Below, piece by piece: positions 22,351 through 32,845 of a stretch of DNA of 64,000 bases. This stretch comes from an uncultured Prolixibacteraceae bacterium. GTDB lineage: Bacteria; Bacteroidota; Bacteroidia; Bacteroidales; FEN-979. The DNA is taken from assembly GCA_964473485.1 (NCBI GenBank), contig CAYYPH010000015.1:9000-72999 (forward strand), in the 5' to 3' direction. Under the pieces are notes generated by a model. It was given only the letters and a program-made list of their open reading frames with translations. It had not been told where the DNA came from and did no database searches. Positions within the stretch are counted from its first letter, which is position 1. Each line of letters begins with the position of its first letter. Made by a program: the position numbers and the translations under genes.

Positions 22351-23241
22351 TCAGTACTTGTTGTATTTCACGATAAAAAAATGCATGATAAGGTTAAAGA
22401 ACAATGAAACGGCCAGGAGCAACAGTGCCGCAAACATCAGGGCAGAGTCGTAAAGGGGGATGGAAAGCATCTCGCCGTAGTTGTTGGCGATAAGTGCCGG
22501 GAGTGTGTAACCCGGATCAAAGACACCATCCGGCATCCGGACCACATTACCGACCACCATCAGCACGGCCATTGTCTCGCCGAAAGCCCTTGCCAGTCCA
22601 AATCCGAAGGCCGCTATAATACCCGGCAGCGCTTTCCGGATGAGTACATGTTTGATGGTTTGCCAGCGGGTTGCACCGAGCGAAAGGGTGGCTTCCTTCA
22701 GCTCCATCGGTATGGCCCTGAATATCTCGATGAGGATATTGAGAATAAAGGGTATGATCATGATGGAGAGAACAAAGGCAGCCGCCAGTATACTGTAACC
22801 CATGGTCTGTATGCCCAGCATGGGGCCCAGATACTTTGATATGAAGGGAACGATCACGAGAATCCCCCAGAGACCATAGACCACGGAGGGGATGCCTGCC
22901 AGGATATCAATGGCTGGATGCATGATCCGAAGGATGAACTTCCGGGTATACTGTGTTACAAAAATGGCGGTGAGAAGGCATACCGGTGCGGTGATCACCA
23001 TGGCCAGCAGGGTTACCCAGATTGAGCCAACGATAAAAGGGGCAAAGCCGAACTGTCCGCTGCTGGGTCGCCAGCTGGATGAAAAGATGAGATCGGCAAT
23101 CGATTTATCGTGCAGTAGAAAGACCGATTTGAGATAGAGGCCGAGAAAAAGAAGAAATGGAAGGAAGGCAACCAGCAACAAACTGATGATCATCCATGTA
23201 TAGTTTACAACATGCCGTTGTTGCCGGTTAAGCAGGTACAT
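22351..23241 (-). CDS. pstC: Phosphate ABC transporter permease
   Basis: SSSWRPSSGQFG, LAGIPSVVYGLWG, LKEATLSLGATRWQTI, ARAFGETMAVLMVVGN. Confidence 0.93.
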   Translation of the reverse strand: MYLLNRQQRHVVNYTWMIISLLLVAFLPFLLFLGLYLKSVFLLHDKSIADLIFSSSWRPSSGQFGFAPFIVGSIWVTLLAMVITAPVCLLTAIFVTQYTRKFILRIMHPAIDILAGIPSVVYGLWGILVIVPFISKYLGPMLGIQTMGYSILAAAFVLSIMIIPFILNILIEIFRAIPMELKEATLSLGATRWQTIKHVLIRKALPGIIAAFGFGLARAFGETMAVLMVVGNVVRMPDGVFDPGYTLPALIANNYGEMLSIPLYDSALMFAALLLLAVSLFFNLIMHFFIVKYNKY

Positions 23242-23243
23242 AG

Positions 23244-24230
23244 TTAATTCAGTTCTTGCAGGTCTGCACTTACCTGTTCGGGTTTAATATTCACGTAACC
23301 AGCTTCAAAAACCAATTTCTGACCATCCGTCAGGATCCATTTAAGGAAGGTGATCACAAGGGGATTGACTGGTTTTCCGCCGGAAACGAAGTAGAGATCG
23401 CGGGCCGGCGGTGAAGGATACCTACCGTCATTGATGGCCTTGATGACCTCGTCCATATTCATGTAAAAATCTTCTTCAGGATCGATCACTCCATTGTCGT
23501 TCAGGTCGATCGGAACAACGCTCAGTCCAGGGTAGGGCTTTCTGGATTTCATTTCATACACAAAGCCAAGATTGTTGAAACCGATCCCCCCGGTATTTTT
23601 TCTCACGGCATCGGCTACGCCGGGATCGCCGTTCACACCAAGTCCCAGGAGATCCTCCTGTTTTTTTCCGCTGAGGTATTTGGCCCACATATCAGCGGCA
23701 CCACATGCATCGGACCTGGAGAAGGCATTAATTTCGGTGGACAGAGAGGTTCCGGTAACCTGGCCCCAGGTCTTCAGATTTCCGGATATAAAGATATCAT
23801 AGAACTGTTGCCGTGTCATCCCTTTTCTATGGAGGATGCCGACCACCGGGTTCTGCGAATTGATTGTAGGTAACACGGCATCCTTGGCGACGGCTATCCA
23901 CCATGCCCCCTTGGCCTTCTCCTCAGGGCTTACCTCCTTTGAAAACATTGCCAGGTCTACCATTTTTGAAAGGGCATCGGTCATGCCTTTGCCGGCACCG
24001 CCGGCCGATACATTGACGGTTACCTTCGGGTGAAGTTTTTCAAATTCTTCGGCCCACCTTACCGTAAGCGGATAGAGGGCAAACGCCCCTGAAATGGTTA
24101 TCTTTCCTCTGAGGGTATCACCCTTTTCTGTTACTGAAGATGACGGACCGTTGTTGCAGGATACGAATATCAGCAGTCCTGCCGTCATGGAAATAAAGAA
24201 AATCGTTAAAGTACTTAAATGCCTCTTCAT
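23244..24230 (-). CDS. pstS: Phosphate-binding lipoprotein
   Basis: Lipobox-like IFVSC; ISGAFALYPL, SAGGAGKG, SRSDACG, YPSPPARDLYFV; start set at ATG 24230 (MKRHL). Confidence 0.88.
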   Translation of the reverse strand: MKRHLSTLTIFFISMTAGLLIFVSCNNGPSSSVTEKGDTLRGKITISGAFALYPLTVRWAEEFEKLHPKVTVNVSAGGAGKGMTDALSKMVDLAMFSKEVSPEEKAKGAWWIAVAKDAVLPTINSQNPVVGILHRKGMTRQQFYDIFISGNLKTWGQVTGTSLSTEINAFSRSDACGAADMWAKYLSGKKQEDLLGLGVNGDPGVADAVRKNTGGIGFNNLGFVYEMKSRKPYPGLSVVPIDLNDNGVIDPEEDFYMNMDEVIKAINDGRYPSPPARDLYFVSGGKPVNPLVITFLKWILTDGQKLVFEAGYVNIKPEQVSADLQELN

Positions 24231-24363
24231 GATCTGACCCTTAATAAAATACTGCAAACCGAATGGAAGAAGTCACCAATCAGCCGGCAACATTAATTTA
24301 GAAGAGGTAAAATTAACCCTTTCTGAGGTATCACCAAAAAAAATAAAGGTGATTGACAAAAAT

Positions 24364-25329
24364 TCAGGAAAGGAGGTGATCGATGATCTCCTCAACCTTC
24401 TTCCCTTCTGCTTCAGCTTTGTAATTGCGTACAATCCTGTGACGAAGCACCGAAGTGGCAACTGCTTTTACGTCGGCAATATCGGGCGAATATCTGCCAT
24501 TGAGGGCCGCATGACACTTGGCACCGAGGATGAGGTACTGCGAGGCCCTGGGACCGGCACCCCAGCTCAGGTAAAGGCCGGCCCACGGGTCGGACCTCGC
24601 AGTGCCGGGACGGGTCTTCGAAACCAGTTCCACCGCATAGTGATAAACATTGTCGGGCACCGGAACTTTACGGATGAGGTTCTGGAAATATATGATCTCT
24701 TCGGCCGAGATAACAACCTCAGGCTGAACCGACTTTTCAGTCGTTGTCGATTTCACGATCCTTATCTCTTCATCGAATGAGGGATAATCGAGCCAGATGT
24801 TGAACATAAAACGGTCGAGCTGGGCCTCAGGCAGCGGATAGGTGCCTTCCTGCTCGATCGGATTCTGGGTGGCAAGCACAAAAAAGGGTTCTTCCAGATG
24901 GTACGTGATGCCGGCGACCGTAACTGCTTTCTCCTGCATGGCTTCGAGCAGGGCCGACTGGGTTTTCGGCGGGGTACGGTTGATTTCGTCAGCAAGGATG
25001 ATGTTGGCGAAGACCGGGCCTTTGATGAAGCGGAAATGGCGGTTCTCATCCAGTATCTCCGTTCCTATAATATCCGAAGGCATAAGGTCGGGTGTAAACT
25101 GAATGCGATGGTACGTAAGTCCCAGTGATTTCGACAGGGTATTCACCATCAGCGTTTTGGCCAGGCCGGGAACTCCCACAAGCAGACAATGTCCCTTGCA
25201 GAAAATTGAAATCAAAAGATTTTTAACGATATCATCCTGTCCGATGATCACCTTTGCAATCTCACTCTTTAACCGGGAATATTTCTGAACCAGGGCGTCA
25301 ACCGCTTCAACATCCGTACGATAGGTCAT
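24364..25329 (-). CDS. MoxR family AAA+ ATPase
   Basis: LVGVPGLAKT, RIQFTPDLMPSDIIG, ILADEINRTPPKTQSALLEAM, TQNPIEQEGTYPLPEAQLDRF. Confidence 0.95.
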   Translation of the reverse strand: MTYRTDVEAVDALVQKYSRLKSEIAKVIIGQDDIVKNLLISIFCKGHCLLVGVPGLAKTLMVNTLSKSLGLTYHRIQFTPDLMPSDIIGTEILDENRHFRFIKGPVFANIILADEINRTPPKTQSALLEAMQEKAVTVAGITYHLEEPFFVLATQNPIEQEGTYPLPEAQLDRFMFNIWLDYPSFDEEIRIVKSTTTEKSVQPEVVISAEEIIYFQNLIRKVPVPDNVYHYAVELVSKTRPGTARSDPWAGLYLSWGAGPRASQYLILGAKCHAALNGRYSPDIADVKAVATSVLRHRIVRNYKAEAEGKKVEEIIDHLLS

Positions 25330-25331
25330 AA

Positions 25332-26723
25332 TTAGTTTGTTTTGGTCTTTACCCAGGCACGCTGGAATGTGCAGTGCCTGTAATCTTCCATCACCACGAT
25401 GTAGGTTGATAGCATTTTCTGATCAACCCAGCCTTCCACGACTTCCATCTTTTTCTTCTCCAGGGCCATCTGCTGAATTCTGGCATAATCGTCCTCCAGG
25501 TTTGCTTTATGAGGACTGGTACGCGATTTCAGGTAAAATATCCGGTAATCCTGTTTGCCTCGTTCGGTGTTCAGCACGGGGGCAGACACCTCGCCTACCT
25601 TGAGCTTGTCGACGACGAAGAAAACCTTGGCATCAATCTGTGAGGCTTCGAACTTACTGTTTCCGCTGGCCGGATTGATCAGCCATCCTCCGCTGTTCCT
25701 GTTGGGGTCGTCAGAATATTTCAGGACCGCCTGGTCGAACGTGATGGCTTTTTTGTTAATCAGTGAAACGACAGAATCGAGCGACACTTTGGCTATGTTC
25801 AGGTTCACCGGCGAGACTTTAGGCTGAAGAAGGATGTGCCTGACGTTGATGTATTCTCCCCGCCTTTCGATCATCTGGATCAGGTGAAACCCATCCTCGG
25901 TCTCAACAATGTCGGAGACTTCGCCCGGTTTTAATTTAAAGGAGGCTGCTTCGAATTCCGGGCGCATCTCGCCCCTCCTGAACATCCCCAGTTCGCCGCC
26001 CTGCTTGGAGGAGCCCGGATCCTCCGAATAGAGCACCGCCAGGGTGCTGAAATCATCACCCTTTTGGATTCTTTCCTTAAAGCTCTTTAGTTTGTCGCGT
26101 GCGGCCTGCTTTTCCGCCTCACCCATAGCCGGATGTCTCACAATCACACCAATTTCGTATTCGGAGCTGATCAAAGGGATACTGTCTTTCGGCATTTTTT
26201 TGAAAAACGCTTTCACTTCGGAGGGTGTAATGGCAACATCTTTTGTGATCTTCTGTTGTTCCTGCTCGGTAAGCATTTGCTCCCTGATCACTTCCCTGAG
26301 TTCGTTTTTTATTTCCAGGAGTGACTTCCCGAAATGTTCTTCAAGGCGTTCAGGTGTTCCGGCCTGGGAGATAAAAAACCGCATTCGCCGGTCCATTTCC
26401 GATTCCACCTGGTCATCGGTAACAGTGATGCTGTCGACCTGAGCCTGGTGCAGCAGCAACTTCTGATAAAGCAGGTTTTCGAGGATCTGGCATTTCAGAC
26501 TGGTTGCGGTTCCCTGAATGATGCCCTGGCTCCTGATCTGAATATACTGGCTTTCGATATCGGATCTGAGGACCATGTTGCCTCCGACCACTGCTGCCAC
26601 AGCATCGATGATTGTATCGGGGCGGTTCTGCGCGGCTGCCGGCGATGCATTAAAAGCAAGTAAGAAAATGCAAAAAAACGCTGTGGTGATAAGTTTCATA
26701 AACGGAAGTTTGGGCTTGTCCAT
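25332..26723 (-). CDS. surA: SurA-like periplasmic chaperone / parvulin PPIase
   Basis: IIDAVAAVVGGNMVLRSDI N-domain; rotamase motifs FSTLAVLYSEDPGS..GGELG and VRHILL. Confidence 0.8.
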   Translation of the reverse strand: MDKPKLPFMKLITTAFFCIFLLAFNASPAAAQNRPDTIIDAVAAVVGGNMVLRSDIESQYIQIRSQGIIQGTATSLKCQILENLLYQKLLLHQAQVDSITVTDDQVESEMDRRMRFFISQAGTPERLEEHFGKSLLEIKNELREVIREQMLTEQEQQKITKDVAITPSEVKAFFKKMPKDSIPLISSEYEIGVIVRHPAMGEAEKQAARDKLKSFKERIQKGDDFSTLAVLYSEDPGSSKQGGELGMFRRGEMRPEFEAASFKLKPGEVSDIVETEDGFHLIQMIERRGEYINVRHILLQPKVSPVNLNIAKVSLDSVVSLINKKAITFDQAVLKYSDDPNRNSGGWLINPASGNSKFEASQIDAKVFFVVDKLKVGEVSAPVLNTERGKQDYRIFYLKSRTSPHKANLEDDYARIQQMALEKKKMEVVEGWVDQKMLSTYIVVMEDYRHCTFQRAWVKTKTN

Positions 26724-27563
26724 TCAATATATTTCGAAATCGTTATCCGACCTGGCCCTGTTGAAGATATCCTGCTGCATGGTATTCAACAGATCTACCT
26801 TTCGCTTGTTCAGGATAATATCAATGATCCGCTGCCGTTCAAAACTTAACGGTGAAACGCTTTCTTTTATTTTAAAATCGTCAAACCGCACCAGGTAGAT
26901 AAAGAGAGAGTCCTGATACTCAAGAAACCGGTTATTCTTCAGAAAATCTTCCTGATTGTAACTTTTTACAGGCACAAGTTTAAGCAGGTCGCTGAAAAGC
27001 AACCAGTTCTGGTTATCGAGAAAAAAATCGGCTGCCTGCTTTTCACATAGATCAGCCAGGCGGTTCCTATCATCCGGGTCATCAGAGTTCAGGTATTTTA
27101 TAAACTGCTTCAATGATCTGTTACGAAGGGGAAGTTTGACATACCGGAACTGCACTATATTATCCTTAAGCAGGAAATTCTGCTGATTGGCATCATAGTA
27201 ACTCTGAATTTCATCATTGGTAACTAGGGTGTCGAGTTTCTGCCTGACCAAAGCATTCTCATATTCGTAAATGATGAGTGAGTTTTTGTAATTCTCCAGT
27301 TGTCGTGAAAAATCGAGTTGTTCGCCGGTAAGGTTCTTTTCAGCCTGATGAATAATGAGCCGTTGCGATATCCAGTTCCGGACATAAGCCTTTGCAAGTG
27401 CGATACTATCTGCAGAGGAGGTTCCGGCAGGGATCACATCACGTAGCTCGGACTCATAAAGATATTCATCATAAGCCCTGGCCAGGACACGTTCATCACT
27501 TTTTTTAAATAGGGTTCCGCACGAGGCAAGGACGACCAACAGGAGAATGAATGCCCGATTCAC
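26724..27563 (-). CDS. Lipoprotein, PPIase/SurA-N-like (conserved in the Bacteroidota guaB-surA cluster)
   Basis: Lipobox VLASC; VLARAYDEYLYESEL; PLSFERQRIIDIILNKRK. Confidence 0.7.
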   Translation of the reverse strand: MNRAFILLLVVLASCGTLFKKSDERVLARAYDEYLYESELRDVIPAGTSSADSIALAKAYVRNWISQRLIIHQAEKNLTGEQLDFSRQLENYKNSLIIYEYENALVRQKLDTLVTNDEIQSYYDANQQNFLLKDNIVQFRYVKLPLRNRSLKQFIKYLNSDDPDDRNRLADLCEKQAADFFLDNQNWLLFSDLLKLVPVKSYNQEDFLKNNRFLEYQDSLFIYLVRFDDFKIKESVSPLSFERQRIIDIILNKRKVDLLNTMQQDIFNRARSDNDFEIY

Positions 27564-27569
27564 AGCAGG

Positions 27570-29561
27570 TCATCTGATTTTAGCTAAAACTTCCTTGTTC
27601 ACCGTAACCGGGTATTTTGCTCTCAAAGCCTTTATCCACTCCTTTTCGAGGTAATTCTGGTAATCGGCTGTGATTAATCCGCGGGCCTCGTTCAGTTCCT
27701 TGGGCTGTGGCTTGAGTACTTTGCGGACATACACGAAAAGCGTGGCGTCCTTTTGTTTAATATCACCCGAAAAACCAGGTGTCCATGCTATAGAATCGAT
27801 GATATTGTTTTCTTTTTTGCTGAATTTTCCACTTTCGATGGTGAGAATTTTCAGGGAATCACCGTTGATCTCTTTCAATACATCCTGGTCGGTAAGCCCC
27901 GACTGTATAAAGTTTTTCACCCGCTGCACCGCTGCAATATCCCTTACGGTATATATGCTGGCATCGAGACGGGTTTCCCACATATAATTATTCTTGTTCT
28001 TCTGGTAAAAATCCTTCAGCCCCAGCGTGTCTTTGACTGCCTTTGACCATACTTTCTGATCAGTAAGGTCGAAGAGCAATATTCCATCGCGGTATTCGGC
28101 CATGAGGGCCTTAAAATCGGGATGCTTGTTCTCCAACTGGGTATTTTCCCATTTCAGTAGATTATCGTCAAGAAATGCTTTGAACATCTTATCCACATAA
28201 GCCGGGATATTTTGTTTTTCCTGCTTCCGCTGTGTTTTTGCAAGATAGCTCGCGAAGTCTGTCTGGAGCAGTGTCAGGTTACCGATCTTGCAAATGGGCT
28301 TTGTAAGGCCGGAGGCCATCGAAGCCTTCCACGTTCCGAAAAAGATGCTGTCGGTAACAACCGGATAAAATGCCTTCACCGCATCCGTGAACTCTGTAAC
28401 GCCGTATTCAGCTCTGATACGCTCCAGTACAACCTGTTTGGTAAGTTCACCACGGTTGTCTTTCATGATCTTTTGCTTCAATTCTGCCTTTTCTTCATCA
28501 AAAGGCCGTTGTCCTTTCTTTTCAATCAGTTTGATGATGTGCCAGCCATAAGGGGTAAGCGTTGGTTTGGAAAAATCGCCGGGATTCTGGAGCGGGTAGA
28601 TGGCTTCAATAAATTCAGGCACCATTCTGTTAACGCCGAATGCGGGCAGCACCCCGCCTTTTGCGGCAGATCCCTTATCATCGGAATAGCTCTTGACCAG
28701 GTCCTCGAAAGGAGTACCACCCGTAAGCAGCTTATAAACTGAGTCTACCCTGTTTCTTAGTCTGGCTGAATCTTCGGCAGTGGCATTTTTCGGAACGGAG
28801 ACAAAGATATGGGCCACTGTAACTTTACCCAGGGCAGGTCTGCGATCAGTAACTTTGATCAGGTGATAGCCGTATTCAGTTCTTACAGGGGTCGAAACCT
28901 TTCCCACTTCGGTATTGTAGGCTCCGTTTTCGAAGGGATAAACCATATCGAACACCGTGAAATAACCCAGGTCTCCTTTATTACCTTTCATGTAGGGATG
29001 CTGCTGGGTAGCCTCCCTGTCTTTGGCCGAAGGGTCTTCTGAAAACTCGATGGCCATCTGTTCATAAGATGCCCCACCCTTAATTTTGCTCAGAACATCA
29101 AGGGCTTTATTGTATGCAGCCAGCGTGTCCTCAGGACTGGGATCGGGTTTCAGTCTGAAAAAAATGTGACTGGCGCGGAGGTCGGTTTTCTGTCTTTCAT
29201 AGGCCTCGTTAATCAGCCGGTCGAGGGTGGCATCATCGGTAAAATAAGGTTTTGCAAGCTGTTCGCGGTAGCCGTTCAGCTCATTTCTGAAAGATGCGAG
29301 GGTGTCGAGCCCCATCTCTTCTGCCTCTTTCACTTTCAGTTTGAAGTTAATATAGAGTTCAAGGTATTCGTCAAGTGATTTTTTATCGATGGCTTCGCCT
29401 TTGACGTTGTTTTTCTGGTAGATGCTCATGAATTCACTGACCTTGATCTTTTTGCCTGCGATTGTCATCAATGTCTCATCGGCATTTGCCTGGGCGAGAG
29501 CAAACAAGGGAAAAACCATCCACAGAACCAATAGTAAAACTTTCGTGCTTAAACTATTCAT
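27570..29561 (-). CDS. Parvulin-type peptidyl-prolyl isomerase with two rotamase domains
   Basis: Signal peptide; LRASHIFF...FSEDPSA..GDLGYF, VAHIFV...YSDDKGSA.KGGVL, TPYGWHIIK. Confidence 0.88.
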   Translation of the reverse strand: MNSLSTKVLLLVLWMVFPLFALAQANADETLMTIAGKKIKVSEFMSIYQKNNVKGEAIDKKSLDEYLELYINFKLKVKEAEEMGLDTLASFRNELNGYREQLAKPYFTDDATLDRLINEAYERQKTDLRASHIFFRLKPDPSPEDTLAAYNKALDVLSKIKGGASYEQMAIEFSEDPSAKDREATQQHPYMKGNKGDLGYFTVFDMVYPFENGAYNTEVGKVSTPVRTEYGYHLIKVTDRRPALGKVTVAHIFVSVPKNATAEDSARLRNRVDSVYKLLTGGTPFEDLVKSYSDDKGSAAKGGVLPAFGVNRMVPEFIEAIYPLQNPGDFSKPTLTPYGWHIIKLIEKKGQRPFDEEKAELKQKIMKDNRGELTKQVVLERIRAEYGVTEFTDAVKAFYPVVTDSIFFGTWKASMASGLTKPICKIGNLTLLQTDFASYLAKTQRKQEKQNIPAYVDKMFKAFLDDNLLKWENTQLENKHPDFKALMAEYRDGILLFDLTDQKVWSKAVKDTLGLKDFYQKNKNNYMWETRLDASIYTVRDIAAVQRVKNFIQSGLTDQDVLKEINGDSLKILTIESGKFSKKENNIIDSIAWTPGFSGDIKQKDATLFVYVRKVLKPQPKELNEARGLITADYQNYLEKEWIKALRAKYPVTVNKEVLAKIR

Positions 29562-29629
29562 ATTTACAGTATTTAATATATCATTAACGAAATAATATTC
29601 TTTTAATTATATCCTTGACAGGTGAGGAT

Positions 29630-31099
29630 TTATTTCCTGCTGTAGTTAGGTGCTTCACTGATGATGGTCACATCGTGCGGATGGCTTTCGACGACCCCGG
29701 CCGAAGTGATCTTGATGAAACGCGCTGTCTGAAGCTTTTCGATATTGGACGATCCGGTGTAGCCCATGCCGGCCCTCAAACCGCCCACCATCTGATAGAT
29801 CACCTCCGATAAGGATCCTTTGTAAGGGACCCTGCCAACAATACCTTCGGGAACAAGTTTCTTGACATCATCTTCAACATCCTGGAAATAACGGTCTTTC
29901 GAACCTTTCTGCATGGCCTCGATGGAGCCCATTCCCCGGTAGGTTTTGTATTTTCTGCCTTCAAAGATCACGGTTTCGCCAGGTGATTCATCCACACCGG
30001 CAAAGAGCGACCCGGCCATTATCGAATAGGCGCCTGCGGCGAGGGCTTTCACGATGTCGCCGGTATATCTTATTCCGCCGTCGGCAATGGCCGGTATGCC
30101 GGTGCCCTTTAAGGCCTTAGCCACATCGTAAATGGCTGATAATTGCGGGACACCGATGCCGGCAATGATCCGGGTGGTGCAGATGGATCCCGGTCCGATT
30201 CCGATTTTCACTGCATCAACACCGGCTTTGACCAGGTCGCGTGCCGCTTCGGCTGTTCCAATATTTCCGACAACCAGATCTACCTGGGGGTAGGCCGACT
30301 TGACCAACCTGGCCATTTCGATTACTCCCCTGGAATGACCGTGGGCCGTGTCAATAACGATGGCGTCGACATTCTCGCGCACCAGGGCTGCCACCCTTTC
30401 GAGCGTGTCGCCTGTAACACCAACACCGGCTGCCACCCTGAGACGCCCTAGCTGATCCTTGCAGGCATTGGGCCGGGCCTTGATTTTAATAATGTCTTTG
30501 TAGGTAATGAGGCCTATCAGCTTAAAATCCTTATCGACCACCGGAAGTTTCTCAATCTTGTGTTTCTGAAGGATCGCTTCTGCCTGTTCAAAGTCGGTAA
30601 ACTCACTGATGGTGATCACATTCTTCGTCATCACCTCTTCGACGGGTCGCGAATGATCGCGTTCGAACCGCAGATCGCGGTTGGTGATGATCCCCACCAG
30701 TTTCTGATTGTCGTTGGTAACCGGGATTCCCCCAATACTGTATTCCTTCATCATGGCCAGGGCATCGCCGACCAGGGCATTGTCGGGCAGCGTGACCGGG
30801 ACCAAAATCATTCCATTCTCCGCTCTCTTGACCTTTCGCACCTGCATGGCCTGTTCCTCAATGGTCATGTTCTTATGGAGCACCCCGATACCGCCTTCCT
30901 GGGCCATGGCAATCGCCATGCGTGATTCGGTAACCGTGTCCATCGCGGCTGAAACGATTGGAATGTTAAGCTTGATATTTTTCGACAGCAAGGTAGAAAT
31001 ATCTGTTTCGCGGGGAAGAACCTCTGAATAGGCCGGTACCAGCAGCACATCGTCGTAAGTGAGTCCTTCACCCCGGAATTTATCAGAATCTAAAAACAT
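29630..31099 (-). CDS. guaB: Inosine-5'-monophosphate dehydrogenase
   Basis: [22 protein letters not shown] pair, [11 protein letters not shown] catalytic Cys, YRGMGS. Confidence 0.98.
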   Translation of the reverse strand: MFLDSDKFRGEGLTYDDVLLVPAYSEVLPRETDISTLLSKNIKLNIPIVSAAMDTVTESRMAIAMAQEGGIGVLHKNMTIEEQAMQVRKVKRAENGMILVPVTLPDNALVGDALAMMKEYSIGGIPVTNDNQKLVGIITNRDLRFERDHSRPVEEVMTKNVITISEFTDFEQAEAILQKHKIEKLPVVDKDFKLIGLITYKDIIKIKARPNACKDQLGRLRVAAGVGVTGDTLERVAALVRENVDAIVIDTAHGHSRGVIEMARLVKSAYPQVDLVVGNIGTAEAARDLVKAGVDAVKIGIGPGSICTTRIIAGIGVPQLSAIYDVAKALKGTGIPAIADGGIRYTGDIVKALAAGAYSIMAGSLFAGVDESPGETVIFEGRKYKTYRGMGSIEAMQKGSKDRYFQDVEDDVKKLVPEGIVGRVPYKGSLSEVIYQMVGGLRAGMGYTGSSNIEKLQTARFIKITSAGVVESHPHDVTIISEAPNYSRK

Positions 31100-31119
31100 A
31101 TGGCTGGAAATTAAGTGTG

Positions 31120-31127
31120 CAAATGTA
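31120..31127 (-). promoter_or_regulatory. -7 element for guaB
   Basis: TACATTTG on the minus strand, 20 nt upstream of the guaB start. Confidence 0.6.
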
Positions 31128-31242
31128 AGAAAAAATGTAATTTAACTGGTAGTCCGAAATAATTACCTTTTCCCTGACCTGCAGCCGGAGAACATCTGTA
31201 AGCAAAATAAAATGATATGAATTTTCTAACCCGGACCCGGTT

Positions 31243-32733
31243 TCAGGGATAGAGTTCTTTATGACATTCAGTGCAGAAATAGGTCTTCCAGTTATCTTTC
31301 ACATCCACCGGATGCAGGAATACCATGGAACTGTCAATCCCGCCATACCTGACCTTTCCGGTAGGACCCTGGGCCACAATCGTATGACATATGTCGCAGT
31401 CCTTGGAAATGGTCCGCCCCTTTTCGCTGGTATGACGGTCGGAGTGGCAACGGAAACAACCGTCAGACTCCAGATGACCGATGTGATTCAGGTAATTTTT
31501 GGCAGAAGCACGCATGTAAGGGAAGACATTCATCGAAAATTCCTTTAAAATTCCGGCGATGGCTTTATCAATCAAATTTTTTCCGGTCGCAAACACTTCA
31601 GGGTAACCTGTACGGTAAAAATTGGTTATGCTGTCGCGGATGTAAGCGTGGGCTGAATCCTTGTCAGTAAAAGGTCCCTTCAGTACATTCATGGCCACCT
31701 GTTTAATATAGGGCAGTTCTTTGGGAATCTCTCCGGTAATCAATGCATTATCAACAAACTGTATAGCCGACTTATACGAATGTGACGGCCGGTTATGGCA
31801 ATCCATACAATCCATCAACCGAACCGGCAACGTATCCAGTGCTTTCGGATCAAGCGGGTTCTCGGAATCCTGGAATATCTGGACCTCCCCGGTTTTCATG
31901 TTTGTAAACCTTACCCAGGGAATGACCTCCCGGTCGGTGGTTGCTGCCACGTATTCAATGTGAACATCCTGGTTGATATGCCAGTGTATTCCCTCGGTGA
32001 GGCCCATGGGGCTGTGATCGGGGCCAATCCGCATTAACAGCGAGCAATTCCACTCGGTATTCGCCGAATCAGCCAGGTATGACCGTTCATGCCGGATTTT
32101 CTTGGCGTAGAATTTCTGGGGCCAATGACACCGTTCGCAGGTCTCCCTGGCGGGTCGCAGATCTTTGATGGGGGTCTCAATAGGGCGTGCATATTTATTG
32201 AAGATCACGGAATAGACCTGGTATAAGCCTGATAGCTTTGATTTAACATACCAGCCGGCGCCCTCTCCCACGTGACACTCCACGCAGGCTACACGGGCAT
32301 GCGGCGAGTGCAGATAGGTGACGTACTCCGGCTCCATCACATCATGGCATAATTTCCCGCAGAAAGGCACGGATTCAGTGTAATTGAACGCTTCGTAACT
32401 ACCCATCGCCGAAATGATAAGAAACAAAAATGTGAAAATCGAAACTGTGATAAACCTGCTCCTGTTGCGGGGGATATTGAGGTCGAGCACGGGCCATCGT
32501 TTTTCAGGATCATGTGTCTTCTTCCGGTTAATAAACATCCCGACAGGTATCATCAGCAGACCGATGACCAGAATAACCGGTAAAATGATGTAGGTAAAAA
32601 TACCGTTGTAGGGATTTGGATGCTCTGTCAGCAATGACTGAACGAAAAGCACCAGAATGAGGATCAGGCTGTTTACGGCAAAGATGAAACCCGTGATACT
32701 TACCCAGTTCGAAACACTTTTTGGTAATTTCAT
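31243..32733 (-). CDS. Membrane-anchored heptaheme c-type cytochrome, NapC/NirT family (ImcH-like architecture)
   Basis: Three N-terminal TM helices, then CGKLCH, CVECH, CERCH, CMDCH, CFRCH, CDICH, CTECH (1 CX3CH + 6 CX2CH). Confidence 0.85.
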   Translation of the reverse strand: MKLPKSVSNWVSITGFIFAVNSLILILVLFVQSLLTEHPNPYNGIFTYIILPVILVIGLLMIPVGMFINRKKTHDPEKRWPVLDLNIPRNRSRFITVSIFTFLFLIISAMGSYEAFNYTESVPFCGKLCHDVMEPEYVTYLHSPHARVACVECHVGEGAGWYVKSKLSGLYQVYSVIFNKYARPIETPIKDLRPARETCERCHWPQKFYAKKIRHERSYLADSANTEWNCSLLMRIGPDHSPMGLTEGIHWHINQDVHIEYVAATTDREVIPWVRFTNMKTGEVQIFQDSENPLDPKALDTLPVRLMDCMDCHNRPSHSYKSAIQFVDNALITGEIPKELPYIKQVAMNVLKGPFTDKDSAHAYIRDSITNFYRTGYPEVFATGKNLIDKAIAGILKEFSMNVFPYMRASAKNYLNHIGHLESDGCFRCHSDRHTSEKGRTISKDCDICHTIVAQGPTGKVRYGGIDSSMVFLHPVDVKDNWKTYFCTECHKELYP

Positions 32734-32820
32734 AGTTACTTGGCTTTAATTGCTTGATGGTTGACATTTAGGCGTGTTAAAAATAAATATAAATTTCCGA
32801 AAATATCAAATAACCATATG

Positions 32821-32828
32821 TAAGTTTG
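32821..32828 (+). promoter_or_regulatory. -7 element for the cyclophilin gene
   Basis: TAAGTTTG 17 nt before the ATG at 32846. Confidence 0.55.
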
Positions 32829-32845
32829 TGGAAATAATTTGAACC

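Noticed and set aside
24231-24363. Pho box upstream of pstS
   Set aside because: AT-rich, but I could not find convincing 11-bp-period direct repeats; the ATCACC...GGTGAT hairpin at 24330-24353 is too weak to call.
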